Shown here: positions 1 to 10,534 of the stretch, in pieces | Numbering within the stretch: the first letter of the stretch is position 1 | Layout of the letters: the number at the start of each line of letters is the position of its first letter | Assembly (NCBI GenBank): GCA_027315005.1 | Contig: DAHUZT010000073.1 | Location: 6,459 to 70,458 of the forward strand | From: Acidimicrobiaceae bacterium | GTDB lineage: Bacteria > Actinomycetota > Acidimicrobiia > Acidimicrobiales > RAAP-2 | Length of the DNA stretch: 64,000 nucleotides | Reading direction: 5' to 3' | Translations under genes and position numbers: made by a program | Notes under the pieces: generated by a model | Told to the model about the DNA's origin: nothing | The model's database searches: none | The model's input: only the letters and a program-made list of their open reading frames with translations

Positions 1-14
1 CAACTCCCGGGCGT

Positions 15-467
15 TCATCGGCGGGCCAGGTACACGCCGAGGGCCAACCATCCGAGGAACGTCACGCCCTTGATCCACCACACGGCGTCGAGGCTGTCGA
101 GCATCCAGCTGAGCGTCGGATGGGAGGAGCGAGGCCCCTGCACGAAGTTCACGAGCTCGAAGGACACGACGACCATCGCTGCAATCGGCCATGCCAACCC
201 CCGCCTACCCGTCGACCCGGGGGCCTCACCCCGATCCGGACCCCGACCGCGAGCAGGCCCGCCATCCCGGGCCGGCTCGCCAGTCGACTGCACGGTCCCC
301 ACCACCGAGGAGATCGCGAATGCCGCGACCATCACGATCGGTACCGCCGTAGCCACATTTGCCGACCAGGTGAACGGGCGGGTCCGATCCACCCAGACTG
401 CCCAAGCCGATCCACCGAGGACGAACATCAGCCATCGGAGACACGCCCTCTTCTTCGATCGGACCAT
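15..467 (-). CDS. hypothetical integral membrane protein
   Basis: 150-aa ORF with about 4 hydrophobic segments (LMFVLGGSAWAVW, VPIVMVAAFAISSVV, WPIAAMVVVSFELV, VTFLGWLALGVYL). Its ATG at 467 directly abuts the TAG stop (468-470) of the upstream MFS gene. No family recognised. Confidence 0.5.
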   Translation of the reverse strand: MVRSKKRACLRWLMFVLGGSAWAVWVDRTRPFTWSANVATAVPIVMVAAFAISSVVGTVQSTGEPARDGGPARGRGPDRGEAPGSTGRRGLAWPIAAMVVVSFELVNFVQGPRSSHPTLSWMLDSLDAVWWIKGVTFLGWLALGVYLARR

Positions 468-1853
468 CTACCGGTACCCTCGCTCATCCGTCGCGGCCTT
501 CGGCCAGAACCATTCCGGCTCGTGCCCCATTGTCTCGGGCAGGAGATAGACCAGCCCGGCCAGCAGCACAGCCGGGAGGAACGTCGCCTCTGCCGCGGTG
601 CTGAAGCGGTTGCCCACGTCGGCAACGGTGCCGAAGGCCACCAGGCCGACCACGGCGCCGAGTACGGATGCTGCCACGTTCCACCCGGACACCGACGATC
701 TGACAGCCGTCGGGAACAGTTCGTTGACGAAGGCCCCCGCCGCCGGGGCAAAGGCACCGGCTGCCGTGATCCCGGCCAGGTAACCGGCGACGAGATCGAT
801 CCGTCCACCGCTGTAGGACAGAACCCCGGAAAGGCCGATGAGCACCATGCTCACCGCAGCTGTGGGACGACGACCGACCCGGTCAGCCAACCATCTCCCA
901 CCGAGCAGCCCTCCCAGTCCGAGAGCTCCGGCCGCGACCACCATGGCGGACAGTGCGATGCCGGGTAGGTGCTCGACGTTCTGGGCATAGAGATAGATGA
1001 AGCTGGTGGCCGGTCCCGTGACGAGGGCCAATCCGAACGCAATCAGGACGACCACCGTGAGGTGTCTGCGATACGGACGGGCCACCGCACCGAACACCGG
1101 AAGACTCGATGTGCGGCTGGCCGCGAACTGGATGAAGCGGTCGGGTTCGGAAACCAGGCGGGCGATCATCGGAAGGGCCACGAGGGGAACGACGGTCAGG
1201 ATCAGTACGCCGCGGTAACCGAGCGTTCCCCCTGCCAATCCGTAGATGACGGCGGTGGCGCCAGCCCCGACGGAATAGCCGGCCGCGACCAGGGCCACCG
1301 CCGACGCGCGGTTGTGCGAGGTCGTCTCCTCCGCGGCCGCCACCTGGGCCACCGCCGCTGCCGCCGACAAGAAAGGGCGTCCCAGGGCGAAGAGCATGAC
1401 GAACCACCAGTACCCGGGACTCGTCGCCGACACAGCGGTCATGGCGAGGCCGATCCCGCATCCGACAAGCATCACCCGACGCCGTCCCAGTCGATCGGCC
1501 AAGCCGGCCAGCGGCAGACCACCCAACGACGCGAGGCGTACCACGGCGAGGCCGGCACCGATCTCGGTACCGGACAACCCCGCGCGATCGGTGATGGTGG
1601 ACCCCTGCACCACGTGGCCGAAGTGTCGGGCCACACTGCCGAGCGTCGCCGTCAGCCCGAACTGCCCGAATCCGGAGGCCAGGGCCACCACCGCGACACC
1701 GATGACGGCACGGTCGGCCCAGCCATGGAGGTGGAACCCTCCCGCTCCCTCGCCATCCCGCGATGTCCCGGCACCTCCTCGGGGCAGGTCGATGGCTCCG
1801 TCGACCGCTTCGGCATCGCCTGCGGTCACGGCGACAATCGCCTCACCAGACAC
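468..1853 (-). CDS. MFS transporter
   Basis: 461-aa ORF that is hydrophobic throughout. MFS motif-A-like loops are present twice: LADRLGRRRVMLVG and LADRVGRRPTAAV. Confidence 0.85.
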   Translation of the reverse strand: MSGEAIVAVTAGDAEAVDGAIDLPRGGAGTSRDGEGAGGFHLHGWADRAVIGVAVVALASGFGQFGLTATLGSVARHFGHVVQGSTITDRAGLSGTEIGAGLAVVRLASLGGLPLAGLADRLGRRRVMLVGCGIGLAMTAVSATSPGYWWFVMLFALGRPFLSAAAAVAQVAAAEETTSHNRASAVALVAAGYSVGAGATAVIYGLAGGTLGYRGVLILTVVPLVALPMIARLVSEPDRFIQFAASRTSSLPVFGAVARPYRRHLTVVVLIAFGLALVTGPATSFIYLYAQNVEHLPGIALSAMVVAAGALGLGGLLGGRWLADRVGRRPTAAVSMVLIGLSGVLSYSGGRIDLVAGYLAGITAAGAFAPAAGAFVNELFPTAVRSSVSGWNVAASVLGAVVGLVAFGTVADVGNRFSTAAEATFLPAVLLAGLVYLLPETMGHEPEWFWPKAATDERGYR

Positions 1854-2108
1854 CGGAGATCGGGGGGTCCACAGTAGTGATCGATCTCCGCCTCGGGCAC
1901 CGGCCGCGAGGTGATCATCGAGGCCACCACAACCATGGACCCAAGTCTCCCTCGCCGGTCGACCTCGTCGCGATCACCCTCCTGGGCTCGACCAGGGATC
2001 TGAAGGACCCGGACCCGGACCACCGCCGGATCCACCCGTCCCCTCGGCGCGGCTGCATCGCTCCGGACCCCCGATCGGCAACGTTGCAGCGGCTGGAGAG
2101 ACCCGAGC

Positions 2109-2184
2109 TGGCTCCGGGGGAGAGACTCGAACTCTCAACCTAGCGGTTAACAGCCGCTTGCTCTGCCGATTGAGCTACCCCGGA
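2109..2184 (-). tRNA. tRNA-Asn (anticodon GUU)
   Basis: The reverse complement reads TCCGGGGTAGCTCAATCGGCAGAGCAAGCGGCTGTTAACCGCTAGGTTGAGAGTTCGAGTCTCTCCCCCGGAGCCA. It has a 7-bp acceptor stem (TCCGGGG/CCCCGGA), D arm GCTC/GAGC, anticodon stem AGCGG/CCGCT with loop CTGTTAA, T arm GAGAG-TTCGAGT-CTCTC, and an encoded CCA. Confidence 0.92.
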
Positions 2185-2341
2185 ATGCCACGACCGCCAG
2201 GGACGATCCGCCCCGGCTGCCAGAGGACACTACCCCGCGACCAACCAGCGCCGGTCGTGCCCACCGCCATGTGCCGACCAGAGGGCGCCACGACCGTCCC
2301 GAAGGACCGATGATGCGGTCGAGCGCCAACCCGGGCACAAT

Positions 2342-2653
2342 GTGCCAGTGAAGCTGCGCATCGGCACCGTCGTCGCGTTCGCGCTGGGTTATGTGCTCGG
2401 CGCTCGGGCCGGGCGGGAGCACTACCGGACGGTCCTCCGGTTCGCCGGCGCTGTCGGACGGTCCGACAAGGTCTCCGATGCCGTCGATCTGGTCGGCAGC
2501 AAAGCCAAGGCGGCCTTCCGCCTCGTCGTCGAGCGGCTAAAGGACACCGCGGGCGTCCGCCTCGGCTGGCGGAACGGCGAGCAGGCGGCCGACGCCATCG
2601 CTCTCGACCTGGCGGAGGACCTGGCGACGGCCATCAGCAACCGTCGTAGATGA
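2342..2653 (+). CDS. hypothetical small protein with an N-terminal hydrophobic helix
   Basis: 103-aa ORF with a GTG start. It has an N-terminal helix (IGTVVAFALGYVLGA) followed by an amphipathic, Ala/Asp-rich region. Coding-like composition; no family recognised. Confidence 0.5.
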   Translation: MPVKLRIGTVVAFALGYVLGARAGREHYRTVLRFAGAVGRSDKVSDAVDLVGSKAKAAFRLVVERLKDTAGVRLGWRNGEQAADAIALDLAEDLATAISNRRR

Positions 2654-2681
2654 CGACACGGCTCAGGGCCACCGCGCCGTC

Positions 2682-4172
2682 CTACGCTTCGTCGAGATAG
2701 TCCCGCAGCAACTGGGCCGACTCGGGGCGCCGCAGCTTGGCAAGGGTCTTGGCTTCGATCTGCCGGATTCGCTCACGGGTGACACCGAACGCCTTCCCCA
2801 CTTCCTCCAGCGTCCGGATCTTGCCGTCGTCGAGCCCGAACCGGAGACGAACCACATCCTGCTCGCGCGGCGAAAGGTGGGCCAGTGCCCCTCGCACGGC
2901 GTCGTCGAGCATGGTTCGGGCGGCGGCGTCGTCGGGCACGACGGCTTCGCGGTCCTCGATGAGGTCCGAAAGACTGAAGTCGTCCTCATCACCCATCGGT
3001 TGTTCGAGCGACACGGTGTCCAGGTTGATCCGCTGGATCTCGCGAACACGCGCGATCGGGAAGTCGACTCTGCGCGCCACCTCTTCGGAGTTCGGCTCTC
3101 TCCCGAGCTCCTGTACCAGCTGGCGCTGTGCCCAAGTCACCTTGTTGATCGTCTCCACCATGTGGACCGGGATCCGGATGGTGCGGCCCTGATCCGCAAT
3201 GGCACGGCTGATGGCTTGGCGGATCCACCAGGTCGCATAGGTCGAGAACTTGAATCCCTTGGTGTGGTCGAATTTCTCGACCGCCCGCATGAGACCGAGA
3301 TTTCCCTCTTGGATGAGATCGAGGAAGGCCATACCCCGATTGCGATACCTCTTGGCAATCGAGACGACCAGCCGGAGATTGGCCTCGATCAGCGCCTCCT
3401 TGGCCGCCTGGCCCCGTCGGACGAGTATCCGGTCGTCGAGGCGCTCCGGATACGATTCCCCGGCGCCTCCTTCGAAGGAAGCCAGCCGTTGGGCGGCGCA
3501 ATTCCCAGCCACGATCCGTTCGGCCAGCTCCACTTCGAGCGCAGCATCGAGCAGCTTGACCTTTCCGATCTCCTTCAAGTACATGTGCACCGGGTCTGCA
3601 GCCGCACCCTTGAACGAGTCGCTACCGAATGGCACCCCGCCGGTCGGTGACTTCGGAGACCCCTTCCTTTTCCCCTTGGTGACCGGACGCCTCTGATCGG
3701 ACGTCTCGTCGAGCACGGCCAGCTGGGCACCTTCGGTCCGCCCGGGTTCCCCCGGTGGCGTCGACGATCCGGCGGCGGCGGCAGTCGGGAGCGGCAGCGG
3801 CGACGTTTCGATCGGCACGACCGGAGTATGGCCGGCCGGGTCGGACCCGGCACCCTCGCGATCCGGGTCGCCCTCGTCGACCTGCACCTGCACACCAGAG
3901 GGCTGACCCTCCTCATAGATGAAGTCGATGCCGGCTTGCCTGATACGGGACACGACATCGGCGATGAGGTCGGCACTCAATTCGACGGACCGGAGCACGG
4001 TGACGACATCTTCTTGGGTCAGGGTGCCTCGGACACGACCCATCCGGATCAGTGAGTCGAACTGGTCGGGCGGCAGACCGAGGGAAGGATCCGCCTCTAC
4101 GACGGGACCGGGGTCCGTCGCTCCCACCGCCGCCGCCAAAGCCGAGCGCCGCTTCCCCCGTCCGGTAGTCAC
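2682..4172 (-). CDS. rpoD: primary (group 1) RNA polymerase sigma factor
   Basis: Region 2-4 signatures are present: [45 protein letters not shown], and [24 protein letters not shown] long acidic/Pro-rich N-terminal region is typical of actinobacterial HrdB/SigA. GTG start at 4172. Confidence 0.95.
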   Translation of the reverse strand: MTTGRGKRRSALAAAVGATDPGPVVEADPSLGLPPDQFDSLIRMGRVRGTLTQEDVVTVLRSVELSADLIADVVSRIRQAGIDFIYEEGQPSGVQVQVDEGDPDREGAGSDPAGHTPVVPIETSPLPLPTAAAAGSSTPPGEPGRTEGAQLAVLDETSDQRRPVTKGKRKGSPKSPTGGVPFGSDSFKGAAADPVHMYLKEIGKVKLLDAALEVELAERIVAGNCAAQRLASFEGGAGESYPERLDDRILVRRGQAAKEALIEANLRLVVSIAKRYRNRGMAFLDLIQEGNLGLMRAVEKFDHTKGFKFSTYATWWIRQAISRAIADQGRTIRIPVHMVETINKVTWAQRQLVQELGREPNSEEVARRVDFPIARVREIQRINLDTVSLEQPMGDEDDFSLSDLIEDREAVVPDDAAARTMLDDAVRGALAHLSPREQDVVRLRFGLDDGKIRTLEEVGKAFGVTRERIRQIEAKTLAKLRRPESAQLLRDYLDEA

Positions 4173-6073
4173 GACCGACGCCCTGCACCGCTCATCTGTG
4201 ACCTCACCACGAGCCAGGCTAGCAACCTGTCGGTCGCTTCGGCGGAGGCGGCCGGATCGTCCAGCTCCTGCACCCGGGCGGCCATCTCGATCGCCTCTCG
4301 AGCCAACTCGGGTGCACCACGAGCCTCCGAGACGACCAGGGCCAGCTCCGCTCGCGCGACGTCACGCACCAGCTGAACGATCACGTCCTCCGGTTCTGCG
4401 ACCGGTTCCTCCACGGCCAGGCGGACCAGCAGCTCCCGGACTTCGAGGGGCGCGCGATCGATCGCATGATGGAGGTCGGCCGATCCGATCAACCCGTCGA
4501 AGGCCATCCGCTGGAGCTCGTCTCGGAACAAGGCCCGATCCAACCTGGGGAGAATGTCATCGGGCCGGTGGATGGCCAGTCGGAGCGCCTCGAGTCCGGG
4601 TCGGAACTCCCCCGGTCCGCGCCCTCTCGGCCGGTGGGAGCCCCCGAGCTGCGTCTCGAATGCCGGCTGCCGTCGAGACCCGGGTCCGCCCGAGCGATCC
4701 TCCTGCCACACCCCGCCGTAGCCACCTGTAGTGTCCGCCGTTTCGGCTCTGCCGGACCCGTGGCGGCCACCGGCGGTCCCACCGGTCGGTCCGGATCGAC
4801 GCAGATCCTCCAGGCGGCGGCGCAGGAGCAGCGGATCGAGCCGGCACCGCTCGGACACCTGCATGAGGTACTGGTCGCGCACCAAGTCATCAGGGTGCTC
4901 GCCGACGGCCGCCAGGGCATGGTCGGCGGCTCGAGCCCGTCCCTCCGCCGTCTCCAGGTCGGCTCCGTCGAGGATCCTCTCCACCCGGAACTGCAAGAAC
5001 GGCCTGGCTCCCTCCACCGCGCGCCGGAGCCCTTCGGGATCCGTACGCGCAAGCTCTGCCGGGTCCGAGCCGACGGGCATGGCAGCCACCACGACGTCGA
5101 GCTCCAGTTTCCGCTCCCATTCGTAGAAGCGGCCGGCTGCGGCCTGACCAGCTCCGTCCGAGTCGAATGCCAGAACGATCCGTGACGAGAATCCGCGGAG
5201 CAGCTTGACGTGCTCCTCGGCCAATGCCGTTCCACACGTGGCCACTGCACGTTCGACGCCCACGCCGAAGAGCCCGATCACGTCGGTGTAGCCCTCGCAC
5301 ACCACGACCTCGTTGACCCGGATCACATCCTGCTTGGCCCAGTTCAATGCGTAGAGGGTGCGGCGCTTCGAATAGATCGGAGTCTCGGTCGAGTTCTTGT
5401 ACTTGGCCGGATCCGGACTTCCCGGAAGGACCCGGCCCCCGAGTGCCACCGGGCGACCCGATGGATCGCAGATCGGGAAGAGGATCCGAGCCCGGAAGGC
5501 GTCCTGGAGACGCCCTGCCCGGTTGACGAAACCTAGACCGGAGGAGGTGGCGAGCTCGGGGTCGAGACCGAGCGATTGGCACAGCTCGTCCCAGCCGTCC
5601 GGCGCCCATCCCAGACGGAAGCGACGGACCACGTCGCCGTCGTAGCCGCGGCTTCTCAGGTAGTCCCGCGCCGTTCCAGCGTCCCGTCCCTGAAGCAGGC
5701 GTTCGTGATACCAGGAGGCCGCCTGCTCCATCACCTCCAACAGCTCATTCCGCCGCCGTGCGTCGCGGCCGCCGTCAGAATCCTCGCGGATGGCGATGCC
5801 CGACCGCTCGGCCAAGATCCGTACCGCCTCGACGAAGCCGAGGTGCTCGGTCTCGCGCACGAAGGTGATGGCGTCTCCCTTGGCTTGGCAGCCGAAGCAG
5901 TAGTAGATGCCCTGTTCCGCGTTCACACTGAACGACGGGGTCTTCTCGCCATGGAACGGGCAGAGACCGACCCACCGGCGACCCTGGCGCTTCAGCGCGG
6001 CGTGTTCGCCGATGAGTGCCACCAGGTCGGTCGCCGCACGGACCGCGGCAACGTCTTCGTCGGGGATCCCCAC
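4169..6073 (-). CDS. dnaG: DNA primase
   Basis: Zinc-ribbon [13 protein letters not shown]...YYCFGC, TOPRIM motifs [10 protein letters not shown] and LAFDSDGAG, 634 aa. The TGA stop (4169-4171) overlaps the rpoD GTG (4172-4170). Confidence 0.95.
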   Translation of the reverse strand: MGIPDEDVAAVRAATDLVALIGEHAALKRQGRRWVGLCPFHGEKTPSFSVNAEQGIYYCFGCQAKGDAITFVRETEHLGFVEAVRILAERSGIAIREDSDGGRDARRRNELLEVMEQAASWYHERLLQGRDAGTARDYLRSRGYDGDVVRRFRLGWAPDGWDELCQSLGLDPELATSSGLGFVNRAGRLQDAFRARILFPICDPSGRPVALGGRVLPGSPDPAKYKNSTETPIYSKRRTLYALNWAKQDVIRVNEVVVCEGYTDVIGLFGVGVERAVATCGTALAEEHVKLLRGFSSRIVLAFDSDGAGQAAAGRFYEWERKLELDVVVAAMPVGSDPAELARTDPEGLRRAVEGARPFLQFRVERILDGADLETAEGRARAADHALAAVGEHPDDLVRDQYLMQVSERCRLDPLLLRRRLEDLRRSGPTGGTAGGRHGSGRAETADTTGGYGGVWQEDRSGGPGSRRQPAFETQLGGSHRPRGRGPGEFRPGLEALRLAIHRPDDILPRLDRALFRDELQRMAFDGLIGSADLHHAIDRAPLEVRELLVRLAVEEPVAEPEDVIVQLVRDVARAELALVVSEARGAPELAREAIEMAARVQELDDPAASAEATDRLLAWLVVRSQMSGAGRRS

Positions 6074-6149
6074 GGCCCCGAACGTACCGCGTAGCTACAG
6101 CGATCCGACCGTGCGATCGGATTTGGGCTGCGGCGAAGGATCGAGCCGG

Positions 6150-8948
6150 TCAGCGCTTGGCCTTGGAGCTGGCCTTGGGGGCCCCGCCCGAGGACTTGGC
6201 GGCCCCCTTCGGCCGGCCGGTCGGCTTGGGGCGCCCGGCCGGCTTCGGGCCTCGGCGGGTCAACCCGGCGACGACCGCCTGAGCGGCCGACAACCGTGCG
6301 ATCGGAACCCGGAACGGCGAACAGCTGACGTAGTCGACTCCCGCCTGGGCAAAGGTGGCGATGGACTCGGGATCCCCCCCGTGCTCGCCACACACCCCGA
6401 TCTTCAGCGAAGACCGGGTGCCCCTCCCGCGTTCGACCCCGAGACGCACCAACTCTCCGACCCCGCTGGCGTCGACTGTCTCGAACGGATTGTGCTCCAG
6501 CAGGCCCAGGTCGAGATACGTGGCCATCAACCTGCCCTCGACGTCGTCCCGGCTGAAGCCGAAGGTCATCTGGGTGAGGTCGTTGGTACCGAACGAGAAG
6601 AATTCGGCTTCCTCGGCGATCTCACCGGCCAGAAGCGCTGCCCTCGGGGTTTCGATCATGGTACCGATCACGACGTCGAGCGACCCTCCAGCGGCGTCCT
6701 TGCCCCCATCTTTGCCCCCCCGGCGGCGCGATCGGGCGGAGGGCCCGGCAGGAAAGGCCGCCTCAGATTCCGCGATCGCCGCCTCCACCCACGAACGGGC
6801 GAGGGCAAGCTCTTGGCGGCAGACGGTGAGCGGGATCATGATCTCTACGACCGGATGTCCACCGGAGGCGGCCCGTTCGAGCGCCGCCTCCATCAGCGCC
6901 CGCACCTGCATGGCATAGAGACCGGGCTTGATCACCCCCAACCGCACCCCGCGGGTACCGAGCATCGGATTGACCTCGTGCCACGCCTTGGCGGCTGCGA
7001 ACAGGACACTCTCGTCGTCGTCGAGGCCGAAGGTCGCCTCCTTGATGGCCAGCTCCTGCGTATCGGGCAGGAACTCGTGCAGGGGGGGATCGAGCAACCT
7101 GACGGTCACCGGCAGCCCGTCCATCGCCTCGAGGATGCCGATGAAGTCTGCTCGTTGGGCGACCCGCAGCTCCTCGAGGGCGGAGGTCTCCTGTTCGGGA
7201 TCTGAGGCCAGAATCATCCGACGCACGATCGGGAGCCGGTCCTCTGCGAGGAACATGTGCTCGGTGCGGCACAGTCCGATGCCTTCGGCGCCGAAGCGCC
7301 GGGCGGCTGCGGCATCGGCTCCGTTGTCGGCATTGGCCCGGACGCCGAGTCGGCCGGCCCGCAGCTCGTCGGCCCATCCGAGGACGACGTCGAACTCGGG
7401 CGGAGTCTCACTCACGGACACCTCGACCTGGCCGAGAACCACGATGCCGGCAGCGCCGTCGATCGAGAGCCAGTCCCCCTGGTTGACGACGGTGTCGCCC
7501 ACCGCGCACGACGACTCACCGATCTGCAACGCCTCGGCACCCACAACCGCAGGCTTGCCCCAGCCACGGGCCACGACGGCGGCATGGCTCACCAGACCAC
7601 CTCTGGCCGTCAGGATCCCCTCCGAGGCGAGCATCCCGTGAACGTCCTCGGGAGAGGTCTCGTTGCGGACGAGCACCACCTTCTCGCCCCGCTCGGCCGC
7701 CTGTTGGGCGTCGTCGGCGGAGAAGTAGGCACGCCCGACGGCCGCTCCGGGTGACGCGGCGAGTCCCCGGGCGAACACGCGGTGGTCGGACTTGGTGAAC
7801 TGAGGATGCAGGACCTGTTCGAGATGCTCTCCGGTGATGCGTTGGATAGCCTCCTCCCTGGTCAGTCTGATTCGCTTCTCACCGACCATGTCGACGGCCA
7901 TCCGCAGCGCGGCTCGCCCGGTGCGCTTCCCCACCCGGGTCTGGAGCATCCACAACTTGCCCCGTTCGATGGTGAATTCGGTGTCACACATGTCCTGATA
8001 GTGGGACTCGAGACGCGAGAAGATGGTCAGAAGTTCGGAATGGATCTCCGGGAAGAGGGTCGCGAGGGAAGACAGCGACTGGATCTTACGAATTCCGGCG
8101 ACCACGTCCTCTCCCTGAGCGTTGACCAGGAAGTCCCCGTACTCGCCGGGGACCCCGGTGGCTGGATCGCGGGTGAAGCCGACACCGGTCCCGGAATTGT
8201 CGTCCCTGTTCCCGAACACCATTGCCTGCACGTTGACCGCCGTTCCGAGGTCGTGGGGGATGCGCTCTCGTTCGCGGTAGGCCACCGCTCGCGGGCCGCC
8301 CCACGAGGAAAAGACGGCTTCGATCGCTCCACGGAGCTGCTCGTCCGGGCCCTGGGGGAACGGCTTCCCGGTGTGGCGCTCCACGATCTGCTGGTAGGCG
8401 TCGACCAGGTATCGCAGCAGCTCGACCGGGATGCGGGCATCGGAGTCGGTACCGGCCAGCTCCTTCGCAGCCTCGAGCAGGGTATCGAACTCCTCTCCGG
8501 GGACATCGAGGACGATGCGACCGTACATGGCCACGAACCGACGGTACGAGTCGTATGCGAAGCGCTCGTCGCCGGTCTGTCGGGCCAGCCCATCGACCGA
8601 CCGATCGTTCAGCCCCAGGTTGAGCACCGTATCCATCATCCCCGGCATCGAGAACTTCGCGCCGGAACGGACGGAGACGAGGAGCGGATCTGTCGGATCG
8701 CCGATGCGCTTGCCCATGCGCTTCTCCAGACGGGCCCGGGCCTTGGCCACCTCTCCGGTCAGACCGTCAGGCCAGCCTGAGGCCATCGAGGCCCGGCACG
8801 CGGTGGTGGCGATGGTGAACCCAGGAGGCACTGGCAGCCCGAGCACCGAAGTCATCTCGGCCAGGTTGGCGCCCTTCCCACCGAGGAGATCCTTCATCTC
8901 CATCGGCGAATGGCGGTGCGTGTGGTCGAAGTCGAAGACAAAGGGCAT
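6150..8948 (-). CDS. ppdK: pyruvate, phosphate dikinase
   Basis: N-terminal LLGGKGANLAEM, phospho-histidine swivel motif TARGGLVSHAAVVARGWGKP, and PEP-utilising C-terminal motif GVCGEHGGDPES. 932 aa, with an internal insertion and a basic C-terminal tail. Confidence 0.95.
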   Translation of the reverse strand: MPFVFDFDHTHRHSPMEMKDLLGGKGANLAEMTSVLGLPVPPGFTIATTACRASMASGWPDGLTGEVAKARARLEKRMGKRIGDPTDPLLVSVRSGAKFSMPGMMDTVLNLGLNDRSVDGLARQTGDERFAYDSYRRFVAMYGRIVLDVPGEEFDTLLEAAKELAGTDSDARIPVELLRYLVDAYQQIVERHTGKPFPQGPDEQLRGAIEAVFSSWGGPRAVAYRERERIPHDLGTAVNVQAMVFGNRDDNSGTGVGFTRDPATGVPGEYGDFLVNAQGEDVVAGIRKIQSLSSLATLFPEIHSELLTIFSRLESHYQDMCDTEFTIERGKLWMLQTRVGKRTGRAALRMAVDMVGEKRIRLTREEAIQRITGEHLEQVLHPQFTKSDHRVFARGLAASPGAAVGRAYFSADDAQQAAERGEKVVLVRNETSPEDVHGMLASEGILTARGGLVSHAAVVARGWGKPAVVGAEALQIGESSCAVGDTVVNQGDWLSIDGAAGIVVLGQVEVSVSETPPEFDVVLGWADELRAGRLGVRANADNGADAAAARRFGAEGIGLCRTEHMFLAEDRLPIVRRMILASDPEQETSALEELRVAQRADFIGILEAMDGLPVTVRLLDPPLHEFLPDTQELAIKEATFGLDDDESVLFAAAKAWHEVNPMLGTRGVRLGVIKPGLYAMQVRALMEAALERAASGGHPVVEIMIPLTVCRQELALARSWVEAAIAESEAAFPAGPSARSRRRGGKDGGKDAAGGSLDVVIGTMIETPRAALLAGEIAEEAEFFSFGTNDLTQMTFGFSRDDVEGRLMATYLDLGLLEHNPFETVDASGVGELVRLGVERGRGTRSSLKIGVCGEHGGDPESIATFAQAGVDYVSCSPFRVPIARLSAAQAVVAGLTRRGPKPAGRPKPTGRPKGAAKSSGGAPKASSKAKR

Positions 8949-9135
8949 TCGGAGGACGGTCCTTGAAACGAGGGCCGGGCACCGTCGCGTGACACCGGCC
9001 GGCAGGAATGGCGGACGGCTCAGCCTACCCGGAGTCCATCCTTCGGTCCGGCGCCGTCAACGGATTCATTCCCCGGGCACCGGAGATCCTGCGAGGACCG
9101 ACGCCTTCGAGCCGGTGGTGCCCACCCACCCCCGG

Positions 9136-10467
9136 TCAGAGCCGTCCCATCCGCCGGCTGAGCTCACCGGCGACGGCATCGAGGTCGAGGCGCACCTGCT
9201 CGGTGGAGTCACGGTCGCGGACGGTGACCCGGCGGTCTTCGAGCGAATCGAAGTCGACGGTCACGCACCAGGGTGTCCCCACCTCGTCCTGGCGACGATA
9301 CCGTTTCCCGATCGACTGGGTCACGTCGTAGTCGCAGGCAAAGTGGGGCACGAGCCGGTCCAGCACGTCGTTGGACAGACCCTCCAGGGCCTCCTTGCGA
9401 GAGAGGGGGAGAACGGCTACCTGGTAGGGCGCCAACCTCGGGTGCAGCTTCAAGACGGTGCGGGCCTCACCTCCGACCTCGTCCTCTCGGTAGGCGGAGA
9501 GGAGAAACGCCATCATCGCCCGGGTGGCGCCGGCCGCAGGTTCGATGACCCAGGGTACGTAGGGCTCACCCCCCGTTTGATCGAAGTACTCGAGCTTCTC
9601 ACCGGAAGCGGCGGAGTGGGCCTTCAGATCGAAGTCGGAGCGGTTGGCGATGCCCTCCAGCTCGTCCCACCCCCAGGGGAAGTTGAATTCCACGTCGGCG
9701 GTCGCGACGGAGTAGTGGGAGAGCTCGTCCCGATCATGATGCCGGAGACGCAGCTGCTCGGTCGGGATGCCCAGGTCGGTATACCAGCGGTACCGCTCGT
9801 CGAGCCAGTACTTGAACCAACGATCGGCCTCCCCGGGGGGGACGAAGTACTCCATCTCCATCTGCTCGAACTCCCGGGTCCGGAAGACGAAGTTCTGGGG
9901 GGTGATTTCGTTGCGGAAGGACTTCCCGACCTGGGCGATGCCGAAGGGAGGTCGCTTCCTCGTGGTCTGGAGAACGTTGGCGAAGTTGACGAACATGCCC
10001 TGTGCGGTCTCCGGCCGGAGATAGGCGACGGTCCCTTCGTCCTCCAACGGTCCGGCGTGGGTCTCGAAGAGGAGATTGAACGCCCGGGCCTCGGTGAACT
10101 CCGTCGAACCACAGTTCGGACAGGCCCCGTCGATCTTGTCCTCACGCCACCGCTGGTGACAGCTCAGGCAGTCGACGAGCGGGTCGGTGAAGTTGGACAG
10201 GTGGCCGGACGCCTCCCAGACGGCCGGGGGCGACAGGACCGCGGCGTCCAGACCGACCACGTCGACGCGGCGCTGGACCATCGCTTCCCACCAGGCGTTC
10301 TTGACGTTGCGCAGCAGGTTGACCCCGAGGGGGCCGTAGTCGTAGGTGGATCGGAAGCCACCGTAGATCTCTGCGGACTGGAAGATGAATCCGCGTCGCT
10401 TGCACAAGCTGACCACCCGTTCCATCAGGTCGGGTGTCGGCGGCGAGCGGTGTTTGAGGTCAGGCAC
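9136..10467 (-). CDS. glyQS: glycine--tRNA ligase (dimeric class II type)
   Basis: Motifs RGFIFQSAEIYGG, GKSFRNEITP, IEPAAGATR, and a C-terminal anticodon-binding domain (VAVLPLS...). 443 aa. Confidence 0.93.
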   Translation of the reverse strand: MPDLKHRSPPTPDLMERVVSLCKRRGFIFQSAEIYGGFRSTYDYGPLGVNLLRNVKNAWWEAMVQRRVDVVGLDAAVLSPPAVWEASGHLSNFTDPLVDCLSCHQRWREDKIDGACPNCGSTEFTEARAFNLLFETHAGPLEDEGTVAYLRPETAQGMFVNFANVLQTTRKRPPFGIAQVGKSFRNEITPQNFVFRTREFEQMEMEYFVPPGEADRWFKYWLDERYRWYTDLGIPTEQLRLRHHDRDELSHYSVATADVEFNFPWGWDELEGIANRSDFDLKAHSAASGEKLEYFDQTGGEPYVPWVIEPAAGATRAMMAFLLSAYREDEVGGEARTVLKLHPRLAPYQVAVLPLSRKEALEGLSNDVLDRLVPHFACDYDVTQSIGKRYRRQDEVGTPWCVTVDFDSLEDRRVTVRDRDSTEQVRLDLDAVAGELSRRMGRL

Positions 10468-10534
10468 AACGTCGAATCGTACCGGTTGGGGTCGGCGCTG
10501 ACAGCCGGACCAGTGACGTCACGACCGGTCACGA

